DNA of 64,000 bases, from contig JAIXLE010000177.1 of the NCBI GenBank assembly GCA_026931725.1, forward strand, positions 6,781 through 70,780, in the 5' to 3' direction. Origin of the DNA: Bacteroidales bacterium (GTDB taxonomy: Bacteria > Planctomycetota > Planctomycetia > Gemmatales > Gemmataceae). A program made the translations under genes and the position numbers. This document shows, piece after piece, positions 36,426-46,974 of this stretch (position 1 is the first letter of the stretch; every line of letters begins with the position of its first letter). Below the pieces are notes generated by a model. That model saw nothing but the letters and a program-made list of their open reading frames with translations, had not been told where the DNA came from and ran no database searches.

Positions 36426-39035
36426 ATGCGCTGCGTGATTCTAACCACCTTCTTGGCCCTGCTGGCGACAGCCACAACGGTCGTGCGGGCTGACGAGGCC
36501 AAGGCACCGCCGCAAGCCCAAGGGCCGTATGTCGTACTCGTCGGTGTCGGCGAATTCTCCGATAAGGCGATCCAGCCGCGCCCCACAGCCGAAGCCGATG
36601 CCCGCGCGTTTTACGATCTGGTGACTGATCCGCAATATCTGGGTGTCCCCAAGAATCGCGTGGCGCTGCTGACCGCAACACCCGATGCCCAGCGCGGAGC
36701 CAAATCGGCCACCCGCGAAAACATCCTCGCCGCTCTGCACGCTGCCGTCGCCGGAACCGGGAAGGATGACACCATCCTCATCGGCTGGTTCGGTCGCGGA
36801 GCCTCCGCTGGCGATCAGACCACTCTGTTTGCCGAAGATACGAACTTCAAAGAACGCGCCAAGACCGCCGTTCTCGGTTCGGATCTGGAAGCGGAACTCA
36901 AACCCGCCAAGGGCCGCAAAATTGCCCTGCTCATGGATGTGAGCTTCAAAGGGTTTGACCCCGGTAAGGAAAAGCTCGCTGAACCGGGACTGCGGGATGT
37001 CCTCGCCGCAGTCTTCGGTGGAGAAGAAAAAGGCGAAGGCCCGACCCCTCATGATCGCGTGGTCTTCCTCGCCACCGTCCCCTCGCACGAGCCCTTGACC
37101 AAAGGCCAACATGGCCTGTTCGCCGCGGATATCCTCGATGCCCTCAAGGGGAAAGCGGATACCGATGGGTACGAACCGGATGGCTTGGTCACGGTCGATG
37201 AATTGGTCAAATACCTCGAAACCGAGATTGCGAACGATGCCCGGCAACTCGGCAAAACCACGCAGGAAAAAGAATCCGTCCCGTTCATCGTCGGTGAGAA
37301 AACCAGTCACTTCCCCCTGACGAAGAACCCCGCCATCACCCCAGCCGTGCAAAAGCGTCTCGCGCGGTTGAACGCACTGGAACAGAACAAGACCCTCACC
37401 CCGGACATCGCCGAGGAAGGCCGTGCCCTGCTGACACGGATGCCCAAACTCAAAACCATTCAGGAACTGCGCAAGAAATATCAAGCACTCGCTGATGGCA
37501 CCCTCACGCCGGACCAGTTCGCGGCAGACTGGAAGGCCATCAAAGAATCTCTGAAACTCAGCCCCGCGGAAGCCGAGAAGTTTGAACGTACCGTCTTCAA
37601 AAGCATCGATATGGTGTCTCGCCGGTATGTCAAACCGCTCAACATCGGTGACCTGACCGCCTACGCCATCAAAGGAATGTACGAACGCCTCGATATTCCC
37701 CTCCCTGAGAATCTCGCGGCGGAACTGAAAGAGCCCAAAAAACTGACACGCTCGAAACTGGAACGGTTGCTCATCGATGCCCGTACCCAACTCGGCAAGC
37801 GTGAAGACCTGGAATCGGGCAAGGATGCCGACATCGCCATCCTGATGATGCTCGCCGGGATGAACGACCCGTACACGACTTACTACGACCATGACCTGCT
37901 GAAAAAGACCGCCAGCCAGCTCCGGGGCGAGTTCCGCGGTGTCGGCATCCAGATTCGCCGGGATCTGGTCCGCGATGGTCTGCTCGTGGTCAGTCCGATC
38001 AAAGGCAGCCCCGCCTACAAAGCGGGCATCCAGGCGGGCGACCTCATCACCGAAGTCAAACGGGACACCGACCCGGAAGGAAAGCCACTCAAAGAGGGCG
38101 AACCCCGCGTCATCTCCACCAAGGGGATGAAGACCGAAGGCGCCCTCGATCTGATTCTCGGCAAGCCCGGCGTGCCCGTCACATTGGTGGTCCAGCGGGA
38201 AGGCGAGAAAGAACCGCTCGAATTCACCATCCCACGCGGTGTCGTCTCGGTCGAAACCGTCCTCGGTGTGAAGCGAGATTCTCACGATGATTGGGATTAT
38301 TTCCTCGATCGGGATAAGAAGATTGCCTACATCTGTCTGACGCAGTTCGCCCCGAGTACCTTCCGCGACCTGTACAAAGCCCTGAAGGAAATCGAAGAAC
38401 AAGGTGTGAAGGGGCTCGTACTCGACCTCCGCTACAATCCGGGCGGTTTGCTGCAAGCGGCCGTCCTCATCTGCGACCTGTTCCTGGAAGATGGCCTCAT
38501 CGTCTCGGTGCGGCCGCGCGTCGGGGAAGCGGAATCGTACTACGACCGGGGCGCGGGCAAGTTCACGAACTTCCCAATTGCCGTCCTCGTCAACGGTTAC
38601 AGCGCCTCCGCTGCGGAGATTCTTTCGGCCTGCTTGCAGGATTACAACCGGGCCGTGGTGGTCGGCGAACGCAGCTACGGCAAGGGTAGCGTGCAATCGG
38701 TCGAGGATTTCTCACCGACCGGCGGCCAGATCAAGATGACCACCGCCCGTTACTTCCCGCCTTTGGGCCGCAACATCGACAAGCTCAGCACCGGTGGCAA
38801 GGACGATGAAGAATGGGGAGTCAAACCGGATCGCGGTTATGAAGTGAAGCTCTCACGCGAAGAGAAGCAGGATCTCGCCGACCATTTCCGGGATCGGGAG
38901 GTGATTGCTCCGAAGCACGGTGCCGCCAAGCCGGAAGAAAAGCCATTCACGGATCGTCAACTGGATAAGGCGGTCGACTACCTGAAGAATCAGGTGAAGT
39001 CCGCGCAGAGTGGCTCCCGGCGGAAAGCGGGTTGA
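36426..39035 (+). CDS. S41 family (C-terminal processing/tail-specific) peptidase with N-terminal catalytically inactive caspase-like domain
   Basis: 869 aa. Signal peptide. N-terminal domain colinear with the C14 paralog but FGRGAS replaces SGHG and MDVSFKG replaces DCCHSG. PDZ ([15 protein letters not shown]). S41 motifs [25 protein letters not shown]. Confidence 0.88.
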   Translation: MRCVILTTFLALLATATTVVRADEAKAPPQAQGPYVVLVGVGEFSDKAIQPRPTAEADARAFYDLVTDPQYLGVPKNRVALLTATPDAQRGAKSATRENILAALHAAVAGTGKDDTILIGWFGRGASAGDQTTLFAEDTNFKERAKTAVLGSDLEAELKPAKGRKIALLMDVSFKGFDPGKEKLAEPGLRDVLAAVFGGEEKGEGPTPHDRVVFLATVPSHEPLTKGQHGLFAADILDALKGKADTDGYEPDGLVTVDELVKYLETEIANDARQLGKTTQEKESVPFIVGEKTSHFPLTKNPAITPAVQKRLARLNALEQNKTLTPDIAEEGRALLTRMPKLKTIQELRKKYQALADGTLTPDQFAADWKAIKESLKLSPAEAEKFERTVFKSIDMVSRRYVKPLNIGDLTAYAIKGMYERLDIPLPENLAAELKEPKKLTRSKLERLLIDARTQLGKREDLESGKDADIAILMMLAGMNDPYTTYYDHDLLKKTASQLRGEFRGVGIQIRRDLVRDGLLVVSPIKGSPAYKAGIQAGDLITEVKRDTDPEGKPLKEGEPRVISTKGMKTEGALDLILGKPGVPVTLVVQREGEKEPLEFTIPRGVVSVETVLGVKRDSHDDWDYFLDRDKKIAYICLTQFAPSTFRDLYKALKEIEEQGVKGLVLDLRYNPGGLLQAAVLICDLFLEDGLIVSVRPRVGEAESYYDRGAGKFTNFPIAVLVNGYSASAAEILSACLQDYNRAVVVGERSYGKGSVQSVEDFSPTGGQIKMTTARYFPPLGRNIDKLSTGGKDDEEWGVKPDRGYEVKLSREEKQDLADHFRDREVIAPKHGAAKPEEKPFTDRQLDKAVDYLKNQVKSAQSGSRRKAG

Positions 39036-39219
39036 GTGAACTTTTCCTGTTTGACCTGAAATGATGAATGTTCCAACAAGACCCATCGCGTCCGAAGCGG
39101 TGGGTCGTTTTGTTTGGCCGATTGCATTGCTTCCGATGGTGAAACGAGCAAGAATTCCTCAAGTTCCTCGATATGGGGTGCTGTCGTCCCGTGTTGTGGG
39201 CTGCATGAGGATTGTTGCG

Positions 39220-39702
39220 ATGCGACACCAGGGTATACTTGCTGCCGCCGGGCTCATTCTGCTGGCGGGTCTTTCCGGCTGCCGATCCTCCTGCGGTTCG
39301 CGGAGCGGGTTATTCTCACGGTCCCAGAACCCGTGTATGCCCGTGTCGAACTCGGTGCAACCGTGTTCCAATACCGGCGGTGGCGGGTTCTTCTCCCTCG
39401 GGCACAAGAAGAACAAGCATTCCGGGGCAACAGGTGGAGATGTGATGGTATTGCCGGGGTCCGTGCCAACGTACACCGGGGTGAGTGGCATTCCGGTGTA
39501 TCCGTCTGGGGTGCCGGTGCCGTTGGCCACGCCGGGGGCGGGAAGCAGCACACCGAACGAGTTGCCGCCGCCGTCGATCACGCCGCCGGGGGTTCCCGAA
39601 ACCCCCTCGCCGTTCGCCACGCCGATTCCCGCCGCTCAGACGGGGAACATGCTGCCGACCCCTTCCGGTGCGATCTCCGTGCTGCCGACGGGGAAACGGT
39701 AG
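39220..39702 (+). CDS. Pro/Gly-rich lipoprotein
   Basis: ATG at 39220. MRHQGILAAAGLILLAGLSGC lipobox. Low-complexity P/G/S-rich mature part. Confidence 0.5.
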   Translation: MRHQGILAAAGLILLAGLSGCRSSCGSRSGLFSRSQNPCMPVSNSVQPCSNTGGGGFFSLGHKKNKHSGATGGDVMVLPGSVPTYTGVSGIPVYPSGVPVPLATPGAGSSTPNELPPPSITPPGVPETPSPFATPIPAAQTGNMLPTPSGAISVLPTGKR

Positions 39703-39719
39703 GTCGAACGCAATGACCT

Positions 39720-40007
39720 CTACGCGGCTGGGGGGGTGTCCTGTTTGCGTGAGGTGAGCCACCAGTACACAAGGAAGATCGCACCGCCCGCGCCCGTCAG
39801 ATAAGGCCAGTATGCGGGGTAGCTGGAAAGAACGTACAGACCCACGCCGATCATTCCCAGAAAGCTCGCGATACGCACCATCCAACCGACCGATTCCGCG
39901 AGGATGCGATCCCAGCGGTCATGGCGTGTGGCGCTGTACACGAGGCTGAACGTGATGAGCAGAATCGGCAAGTGCCAGTAAATCCCGATCGCAAAAAGCG
40001 GATTCAT
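39720..40007 (-). CDS. small integral membrane protein
   Basis: 95 aa, ~3 TM (MNPLFAIGIYWHLPILLITFSLVY...). Its ATG overlaps the stop of the upstream gene (ATGA at 40004-40007). Confidence 0.5.
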   Translation of the reverse strand: MNPLFAIGIYWHLPILLITFSLVYSATRHDRWDRILAESVGWMVRIASFLGMIGVGLYVLSSYPAYWPYLTGAGGAIFLVYWWLTSRKQDTPPAA

Positions 40008-40627
40008 CCCCGTGCCTCCGTCCCGGTGGCCGCATCCGTTCCGGGTGTTGTTTTTCGGGATGTTGCGGTGTCGGGTTCTTCTTCTTCCCGCACGACCGGC
40101 CCGGCTAGGGCATCGTAAATCACCAGGATGTTGAGCGCTCCAGCAATCACGGTGTATACCCAACCCAGATCCCAGAACTTGTTCCCATCACGCAGCAAAG
40201 TATTGATCTCGGCTTCCGTCGGTGCCTGCATGTAACGGCCAAGGATCGCATGGGGTCGCGGTGCGGCTCCTGGTTCCGCGGGCATGTCCGTCTGAACGTA
40301 TTGCACCACTGCCGGCCAAGCCGCGACACCGATCCAGAATTGGCCGAGGAACTGGAACCGATAATAGATCGCCTTGGAAACCCCTTGTAGTTCCCCCAGA
40401 ATCGGGGCCACGGCTGGCGGCTGGCTGGCGGGATCGGGGAGCCAGACATTCTTCATGCTACCCAATGTCAGGCCATAGAAGAACAGGCCGTACAGGCAGA
40501 CGAAGAACAACACCCCCTTCCCGACGCGGCCTTGTACCACCTGCCCCAATCCGGGTAGCAGATACGAAAGCAGCGCGGCGAGCGGGTCCAGTGGGCGTGG
40601 CGGGCTGGCGGACGGCGATTCAGGCAT
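40004..40627 (-). CDS. integral membrane protein
   Basis: ATG at 40627. LLSYLLPGLGQVVQGRVGKGVLFFVCLYGLFFYG motif, with further TM segments. Confidence 0.55.
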   Translation of the reverse strand: MPESPSASPPRPLDPLAALLSYLLPGLGQVVQGRVGKGVLFFVCLYGLFFYGLTLGSMKNVWLPDPASQPPAVAPILGELQGVSKAIYYRFQFLGQFWIGVAAWPAVVQYVQTDMPAEPGAAPRPHAILGRYMQAPTEAEINTLLRDGNKFWDLGWVYTVIAGALNILVIYDALAGPVVREEEEPDTATSRKTTPGTDAATGTEARG

Positions 40628-40828
40628 CGGCAATAGTCTCCGGCGGTTCCGTTCCGGGATTATACCCGAACCACGGGGAACGGGTATGCCCCAGTTCTGA
40701 ATCCGACTCCGGGTGCCGGGCACGCGGTGACGCAGGCACTGGGGTCAGAAACTCTAACCGGACTCCCCGGATGGGCCAGGAGATGCTACCTTGGAAGCGT
40801 GACCGCCGTCTTCTGAGGACTGTCTCCC

Positions 40829-42844
40829 ATGAGCATTGCTGCCCTCACGGAAACGCAAAAGGAATTGCCCTTGCCCGCGAAACCACGCATCGCCAACGTG
40901 CCGGGACGACTCGGGCCGATGTGGTGGAACGCCATTCAGGCGGTCATCGGGTTACCCTGGCGGCGACGACTGGCGAAAGCGGCCCTGCTCATTCCCAAGA
41001 TTCGTTACTGGGAGACGCAGTTCCTCACCCTCAACGATGAGGACATGAAGAAGACGAGTATGAAACTCCGGGGTCGGGCACGCGGCGGCGAAAATCTCGA
41101 TCGGATGATTCCCGAAGCGTTCGGCCTCTGCTGTGCAGCCATTCGCCGGATCAAGGGGTTTCAGCCGTTCGATGTGCAGCTCGCCGCCGGGATCGTCATG
41201 CACTATGGCGGCCTGGTCGAACTCGCCACCGGGGAAGGCAAGACGCTCTCGGCTTTGGCCCCGGCGTACCTGAACGCCTTGCCGGGGAAGGGTGTCCACG
41301 TCACCACCGTCAACGATTACCTGTCCAAACGGGATGCCGAGGATCTGACACCGATTTACGGCCTGCTCGGCATGACCATCGGCTGCATTCAGCAGAAGAT
41401 GGAGGATGGCGAGCGAGCCGCGATGTACCGTTGCGATCTCACCTATGGCACCGCCAGCGAGTTCGGCTTCGACTTCCTGCGGGATCGGCTGAAGCAGCGC
41501 GGCGGGCAGGCCAGTCAGGCTCCGTTCTGGTCCGCGTGGATGGGCGGCTCCGTTCGGCCCGATCCGCGTGTGCAACGGGAGCTTTACTTCGCCATCATGG
41601 ACGAGGCCGACAGCATTTTCATCGACGAAGGCCGGACCCCGCTCATCATCGCCAACCCCACCCGACCTGCCACACCGGAGGAACAGATCGTCTACCTCTG
41701 GGCCGATAAAGTCGCGCGGGAGATGAACCGGGATGAACACTTCCGGCTCGATCCCAAGAAAGACAAGCTCGAACTGCTGGAATCGGGTCGGTATCTGGTG
41801 CGGTACAGCAACCCCCCCTCCGGGCCGCACGCCCAGGCGATGGACAAACTGATCGAAGCGGTCGAACGGGCACTTCATGCGCATTACCGCTTCACCCGCG
41901 ATCAGCATTACATGATCTCATCGGAGAAGAAAATCGTCATCATCGACGAAGGCACTGGCCGACCGATGCCCGATCGGAACTGGCGGGACGGTTTGCATCA
42001 GGCCGTCGAGGCCAAGGAAGGTGTGCCGATCGCCATGCAGTCGGACCATGCCGCCCAGATCACCTATCAGAACTTTTATCGGCTCTACAAGAAACTCGCT
42101 GGGATGAGCGGAACGCTGATGCCGAACTTCCGGGAACTGCGGCGAGTCTACCGGCGTTGGGTCACGAAGATTCCGACCAACCGCCCCGTACTCCGGGTGC
42201 AACCCGCGGATGCGGTATACCCGACTGAACTCGCCAAGTTTCAAGCCGTGGTGGAACAAGTGCGCGGGATGGTGGCCCAAGGCCGTGCCGTGCTGATCGG
42301 GACACGCACCGTCGATAAATCGGAACGGCTCAGTGCCATGTTGACCGAAGCCGGAATCGAGCATGAAGTTCTGAACGCCCGGCAAGATCAGCGGGAAGCC
42401 GAGATTGTCTCACAAGCCGGGCAATCGCGGCGGGTGACGGTGGCGACGAACATGGCGGGCCGCGGAACCGACATCAAACTGGCCCCCGATGTTGCCGCCG
42501 CGGGGGGGCTGCACGTCATCGGCACCGAACGCCATGAATCCGAGCGGATCGACCGTCAGTTGGCCGGGCGAGCTGGCCGTCAGGGCGACCCCGGCAGCGC
42601 GTTATTTTATGTGTGTCTGGAAGATCAACTCCTGGAAGGACTGGGGCCGCAACGTCAGGAGGCCCTCGCCGAGCTGGGCCGCAGTGGCGCGAATCGGCCG
42701 TGGTCGATCTACCGGGCGCTGTTCCGCAAAGCCCAACGGCGAGTCGAAAAGAAACACTATCGGCAACGCCTCGACCTGATGCACTACGACCGCCAACGCC
42801 AAGAGATGCTCCAAGACCTCGGCGCGGACCCGTATGTCGATTAA
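40829..42844 (+). CDS. SecA-like preprotein translocase ATPase, short paralog
   Basis: 671 aa. Walker A LATGEGKTLSA, TVNDYLSKRD, DEADSIFIDEGRTPLII, TNMAGRGTDIKL, QLAGRAGRQGDPG. Lacks the long C-terminal domains of canonical SecA. Confidence 0.85.
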   Translation: MSIAALTETQKELPLPAKPRIANVPGRLGPMWWNAIQAVIGLPWRRRLAKAALLIPKIRYWETQFLTLNDEDMKKTSMKLRGRARGGENLDRMIPEAFGLCCAAIRRIKGFQPFDVQLAAGIVMHYGGLVELATGEGKTLSALAPAYLNALPGKGVHVTTVNDYLSKRDAEDLTPIYGLLGMTIGCIQQKMEDGERAAMYRCDLTYGTASEFGFDFLRDRLKQRGGQASQAPFWSAWMGGSVRPDPRVQRELYFAIMDEADSIFIDEGRTPLIIANPTRPATPEEQIVYLWADKVAREMNRDEHFRLDPKKDKLELLESGRYLVRYSNPPSGPHAQAMDKLIEAVERALHAHYRFTRDQHYMISSEKKIVIIDEGTGRPMPDRNWRDGLHQAVEAKEGVPIAMQSDHAAQITYQNFYRLYKKLAGMSGTLMPNFRELRRVYRRWVTKIPTNRPVLRVQPADAVYPTELAKFQAVVEQVRGMVAQGRAVLIGTRTVDKSERLSAMLTEAGIEHEVLNARQDQREAEIVSQAGQSRRVTVATNMAGRGTDIKLAPDVAAAGGLHVIGTERHESERIDRQLAGRAGRQGDPGSALFYVCLEDQLLEGLGPQRQEALAELGRSGANRPWSIYRALFRKAQRRVEKKHYRQRLDLMHYDRQRQEMLQDLGADPYVD

Positions 42845-42864
42845 ACCTGATGGGAGGGTTGGCC

Positions 42865-43155
42865 ATGAGTCCGACGGAAACTCCACCATTGCCCCCGGAA
42901 ATCGAACGGTTCCGCACGGAACTCGAAGCCTATTATCGAGCGTTGCCAGACCTCATCGCGGCCGGGGAAAACGATCGGTGGATTATCGTGAAGGGGCAGG
43001 AGCTTTCCGAAACCTGGGACACCCACCGAGACGCGCGACAATTTGGGCTCACCCGTTTTTCAGATGGGGAGTTCCTCGTTCAACGTATCGACATCCGTTT
43101 TCGGGAACTCCTGGCCCGATATTTTGAATCGAATCGGATTCGGGAGTCGGCCTGA
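42865..43155 (+). CDS. small hypothetical protein
   Basis: ATG at 42865 after GGGAGGG. 96 aa (…DRWIIVKGQELSETWDTHRDARQFG…). Starts 20 nt after the SecA-like gene. Confidence 0.45.
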   Translation: MSPTETPPLPPEIERFRTELEAYYRALPDLIAAGENDRWIIVKGQELSETWDTHRDARQFGLTRFSDGEFLVQRIDIRFRELLARYFESNRIRESA

Positions 43156-43276
43156 TGCCGAGTTTTGACACCAACTTCGCCGCGGATCGGGCGGGATCTC
43201 CTGGCGCGGTGTCGATTGATGTATGATGGTTTGGGAGGTCGATTCCAATTGTCCTACTGACTTTTGGGGAATCATC

Positions 43277-43990
43277 ATGTTTCGCCTCGTGGCCCGCCTC
43301 ATGGTCGGTATCCTGATGACCGTATCGGTCCTCTCCGCGGCTCCGATACCGAAGGAATCCCCCAAAGAACGCCTCCAACATCTGTTTGGAACCGTTTTCG
43401 ACCCCGATCAGGATTGCGAAATTACACTGGTCGAACGCCGTCAACTCCGTATCCGTGTTCCGGGAAAACATCATTCGATGTATGGCGATGTCGGCCACAC
43501 GAACGCGCCACGGGTGATGCGCACCGTGTCCGGGGATTTCGTGGCTCAAGTGCGGGTCCGCGTGCAGTTCGACAAACTCGGCCTGGCCGTCGATCAGGGG
43601 CTTCCGCCTGCGGCTGGCGGGGGCTTGCTCCTCATGGACGATGATAAAGGCGTGGTGGAATTCCGCACGCTGCAAGAAAAAATCGGCAGCAACCCCTGGC
43701 GAACCGCCGCGGAATGTGATGTCCGGCTACCCGGTTTCGAGGCCGGGAACTCGATACCGCGCCCCCTGGAGGAAATGCCCGTCCTTCTGCGTCTGACCCG
43801 GAAACAAGGTCGGCTGTTCGCGGAATGGAGTTCGGACGGCAAGACCTGGACCGCCGCCAACCGCAATGGAATCGAAGTCCCCCTCAGTAAGCGTGTCACA
43901 CTGGGTGTCTACGCTATTCAGAATACGGATAAACCGATGTCGATTCATTTCGAGGAGTTCCACATCACGCCCCTGGCCACGGATGATTGA
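43277..43990 (+). CDS. secreted concanavalin A-like (DUF1349-like) beta-sandwich protein
   Basis: ATG at 43277. Signal peptide MFRLVARLMVGILMTVSVLSA. C-terminal …LRLTRKQGRLFAEWSSDGKTWT…VTLGVYAIQNTDKPMSIHFEEFHITP pattern. Confidence 0.5.
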   Translation: MFRLVARLMVGILMTVSVLSAAPIPKESPKERLQHLFGTVFDPDQDCEITLVERRQLRIRVPGKHHSMYGDVGHTNAPRVMRTVSGDFVAQVRVRVQFDKLGLAVDQGLPPAAGGGLLLMDDDKGVVEFRTLQEKIGSNPWRTAAECDVRLPGFEAGNSIPRPLEEMPVLLRLTRKQGRLFAEWSSDGKTWTAANRNGIEVPLSKRVTLGVYAIQNTDKPMSIHFEEFHITPLATDD

Positions 43991-44037
43991 ATCCGGGAGC
44001 GATTTCTTCCCCGATCAGACCTGGCCCAGGTTGTTTC

Positions 44038-45441
44038 GTGAAGGTTGCGCCTGTGATCGAGAACATCATCCTGCTCACCGATTCGTACAAAGTTTCGCAC
44101 CATCGCCTGTATCCGCCCGGCATGACCGGGATGTACAGCTACCTGGAATCACGCGGCGGCCGATATGCGGAACTGGTCTTCTTTGGGTTGCAATATCTGC
44201 TGAAACGCTACTTGACTGGCCCTGTTCTGCGGCGGGAACAGATCACCGAAGCGGAGGCGTTTTTCGCGGAGCATTTTGGTTCCCATCACGTCTTCGACAC
44301 GCACCGCTGGATGCGTCTGCTGGAAAAACATGGCGGTCGCTTGCCGGTATCGATCCGAGCAGTGCCGGAAGGAACTGTCATCACGCCCGGAAATGTTTTG
44401 ATCACAATCGAGAACACGGACCCAGAGTTCCCCTGGTTGACGAACTATCTGGAATCGTTGCTGGTGCAGGTTTGGTATCCGATCACGGTGGCGAGTCGGG
44501 GCCGGGCCATGAAACGCACGATCCATCATGCCCTCGTGCGTTCCGGCACCCCGGCCGCAATCGACTTCAAGTTGCATGATTTCGGCTTCCGTGGGGTTTC
44601 CTCGGTGGAAACGGCCTCGCTCGGCGGGGCGGCCCATCTCGTTCACTTTCAGGGTTCGGATACACTGGTGGGTATTCGGCTCTTGCAGAAGTATTATCAT
44701 GCGGCCATGCCCGGTTACTCGATCCCCGCGAGTGAACATAGCACCCTCACGGCTTGGGGTGCGGATCACGAATGTGAGGCGATGCGGAACCTGCTGGATG
44801 CGTTTCCCACTGGGATGGTCGCCTGCGTCAGCGACAGTTATGACGTGTTCCGAGCTTGCCGGGATTACTGGGGCGGCACGCTCCGCGATCGGGTGCAACA
44901 TCGTGATGGAACCCTTGTGATTCGCCCCGATTCCGGCGATGCTGCCGAGATTTTGCCGCAACTGCTCGCCATTCTCGCGGAGCGATTCGGCACCACGGAT
45001 AACGCCCAGGGGTATCGGGTCTTACCGTCACAGGTTCGGCTCATTCAGGGCGATGGAATCGCGGAGGAAACCGTGGGGCCGATTCTGGAAGCCGTGATGG
45101 CGGCGGGCTGGTCGGCGGACAACCTCGTCTTCGGTTCCGGGGGCGGCCTGCTGCAAAAAATGGACCGGGACACCTGCCGATTTGCTTTCAAATGCTCCGC
45201 GGCCGTGGTCGATGGTCGTCTGATCGCGGTTTACAAAGACCCCGTCACCGATCCTGGCAAGCGGAGCAAACGCGGTTGGCTCAAGTTGATTCGCGGTGAC
45301 GATGGCGGTTTCGAGACAGTCGCGGAATCGGACCCCCGCCCGGATGAGTTGGTCGAAGTGTTCCGCAATGGCTCTCTCCTCGTCGATCAGCATTTCTCCG
45401 CAATTCGACAACGCGCGACCGTTGAAACAGGAACGGGTTGA
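44038..45441 (+). CDS. nicotinamide phosphoribosyltransferase (NAMPT/NadV-type)
   Basis: ENIILLTDSYKVSHH, FGLQYLLKRYL, HDFGFRGVSS, RPDSGD. Start uncertain: candidates are TTG 43987, GTG 44038 and GTG 44053. Confidence 0.85.
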   Translation: MKVAPVIENIILLTDSYKVSHHRLYPPGMTGMYSYLESRGGRYAELVFFGLQYLLKRYLTGPVLRREQITEAEAFFAEHFGSHHVFDTHRWMRLLEKHGGRLPVSIRAVPEGTVITPGNVLITIENTDPEFPWLTNYLESLLVQVWYPITVASRGRAMKRTIHHALVRSGTPAAIDFKLHDFGFRGVSSVETASLGGAAHLVHFQGSDTLVGIRLLQKYYHAAMPGYSIPASEHSTLTAWGADHECEAMRNLLDAFPTGMVACVSDSYDVFRACRDYWGGTLRDRVQHRDGTLVIRPDSGDAAEILPQLLAILAERFGTTDNAQGYRVLPSQVRLIQGDGIAEETVGPILEAVMAAGWSADNLVFGSGGGLLQKMDRDTCRFAFKCSAAVVDGRLIAVYKDPVTDPGKRSKRGWLKLIRGDDGGFETVAESDPRPDELVEVFRNGSLLVDQHFSAIRQRATVETGTG

Positions 45442-45832
45442 GATTGTCGCATCCGTGGTTGATTTTGTGTGTCCCGTTCCCAAGGTGGCTCTCGCCGGCC
45501 TTGCTTCACTCAGAGTTGGGTTGGATCGTGTTGTGTTATGCTCAAGTTCAAATCAAGCTCAGATGGGCTGTTCTATCCCCTAAGTCTTTGTCCCAAAACG
45601 ACACCGTGTTCCCGGTTTTCCGGCAAACAGATGGCATTCGATACACCGGGTGCGTGTGTCAGGAATTATTCTCCCAGAATGTTGATTATGAGCGATTCTT
45701 CATGATCGTATTGGATCAATATGTTACCGTAATATTTCTGACCATGAGCCGCGTGATGCGGAATTGTTGGCTCTGCCTTGCTGCTCGATTTCGTGACCTG
45801 TTATTGATTCCTGCCCGTTGAAAGATGCACTC

Positions 45833-46918
45833 ATGAATCACGTTGATTTCCCGCCCGTTTCTAAGGGTGACTCCGTTCGCGCTTTGCTGAAAAAGCGGTC
45901 CATTGCTTTCACACTTATTGAATTGTTGGTGGTCATTGCCATCATCGCCATCCTGATCGGCTTATTATTGCCCGCCGTGCAGAAGGTGCGAGAAGCTGCC
46001 GCACGCATGAAATGTTCCAACAATCTGAAACAGATCGCCACGGCGATGCACAATTACGCCTCTTCCAATCAGGTGCTTCCGTTCGGTTACTATGATGGGA
46101 GTAATACACTTGGGGCGGGCTACACTAATACTGTGCGAAACCGGGAGAGTTGGTTTCAACTGATTTTGCCGTTCATGGAACACGATGCCATTTACCAGCA
46201 GTATTTGGCGGACTCCAGCCCCGGTTATGGAAAGACGTATGTTCAAGAACTGCCCGGATCGTACCGGAAGGCCGTGATTGCGAGCTTTGTCTGTCCGACG
46301 GACCCTGGCGCACCGGGTAACATTTCACTCGGCGGCGGCGGTGATTCGTTTCAAGCCAGCTATGCCGCCAGTGCTGGGGGAACGGCCTATTCGGCAACGC
46401 CTCCTACGCAAATCAACACCGCTTCCGCGGGCTCATGGCCTGCCACGGGTGGGCTGTTTTATGGCGTGAAATTTCGAGATAGCGGCGACCACGGCTGCCA
46501 GTTTACATCCGTGACGGACGGCCTTTCCAATACCTTGCTGGCCAGTGAAGGCATTGTCCGTCCATACAAGGTGCCATCATACGGCGAACTGGGTGGCCAC
46601 TGGGGCGGGTCCGTCTGGGGTGCGTATGGTTTTTCCTCCTTCGATGTCCCGAACTCTGCCTTGCCCGATATGGTGTATTGGTGCAAAGGGGGAAACACGG
46701 GGACGATCACCGTGCCGGGTGCCCCCAATAACGCCCCGTGTCAGAATGTCATGAGTGGGACAATTCGCGCGAATTTTGCACGCAGCTATCACACCGGCGG
46801 GGTGAATGTCGCTATGGGTGACGGTTCGACGCGGTTCATCTCCAACAATATCACGCGGTCCACCTGGCAACTTCTGGGGACCATCGCGGATGGGCTTGTG
46901 GCACCGAGCGATTACTAA
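45833..46918 (+). CDS. DUF1559 domain protein with prepilin-type N-terminal cleavage/methylation domain
   Basis: FTLIELLVVIAIIAILIGLLLPAVQKVREAAARMKCSNNLKQI plus C-terminal HTGGVNVAMGDGSTRFIS. This is a hallmark Planctomycetes family. Confidence 0.9.
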   Translation: MNHVDFPPVSKGDSVRALLKKRSIAFTLIELLVVIAIIAILIGLLLPAVQKVREAAARMKCSNNLKQIATAMHNYASSNQVLPFGYYDGSNTLGAGYTNTVRNRESWFQLILPFMEHDAIYQQYLADSSPGYGKTYVQELPGSYRKAVIASFVCPTDPGAPGNISLGGGGDSFQASYAASAGGTAYSATPPTQINTASAGSWPATGGLFYGVKFRDSGDHGCQFTSVTDGLSNTLLASEGIVRPYKVPSYGELGGHWGGSVWGAYGFSSFDVPNSALPDMVYWCKGGNTGTITVPGAPNNAPCQNVMSGTIRANFARSYHTGGVNVAMGDGSTRFISNNITRSTWQLLGTIADGLVAPSDY

Positions 46919-46974
46919 CACCCGAAATCGACTCGGAAATCCAGAGAGACGGCCCCATACGTTTTGAGGGAAGA

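Noticed and set aside
36441-38696. 751-aa ORF on the - strand
   Set aside because: Antisense to the S41 peptidase gene, which has clear PDZ and S41 motifs. The composition is low-complexity and rich in G/F/E/R.
45438-45821. 127-aa ORF in the lower-GC region upstream of the DUF1559 gene
   Set aside because: No RBS, and an odd Cys/Leu/Phe-rich composition that tracks AT-rich non-coding DNA. No family resemblance. Treated as promoter/leader DNA.
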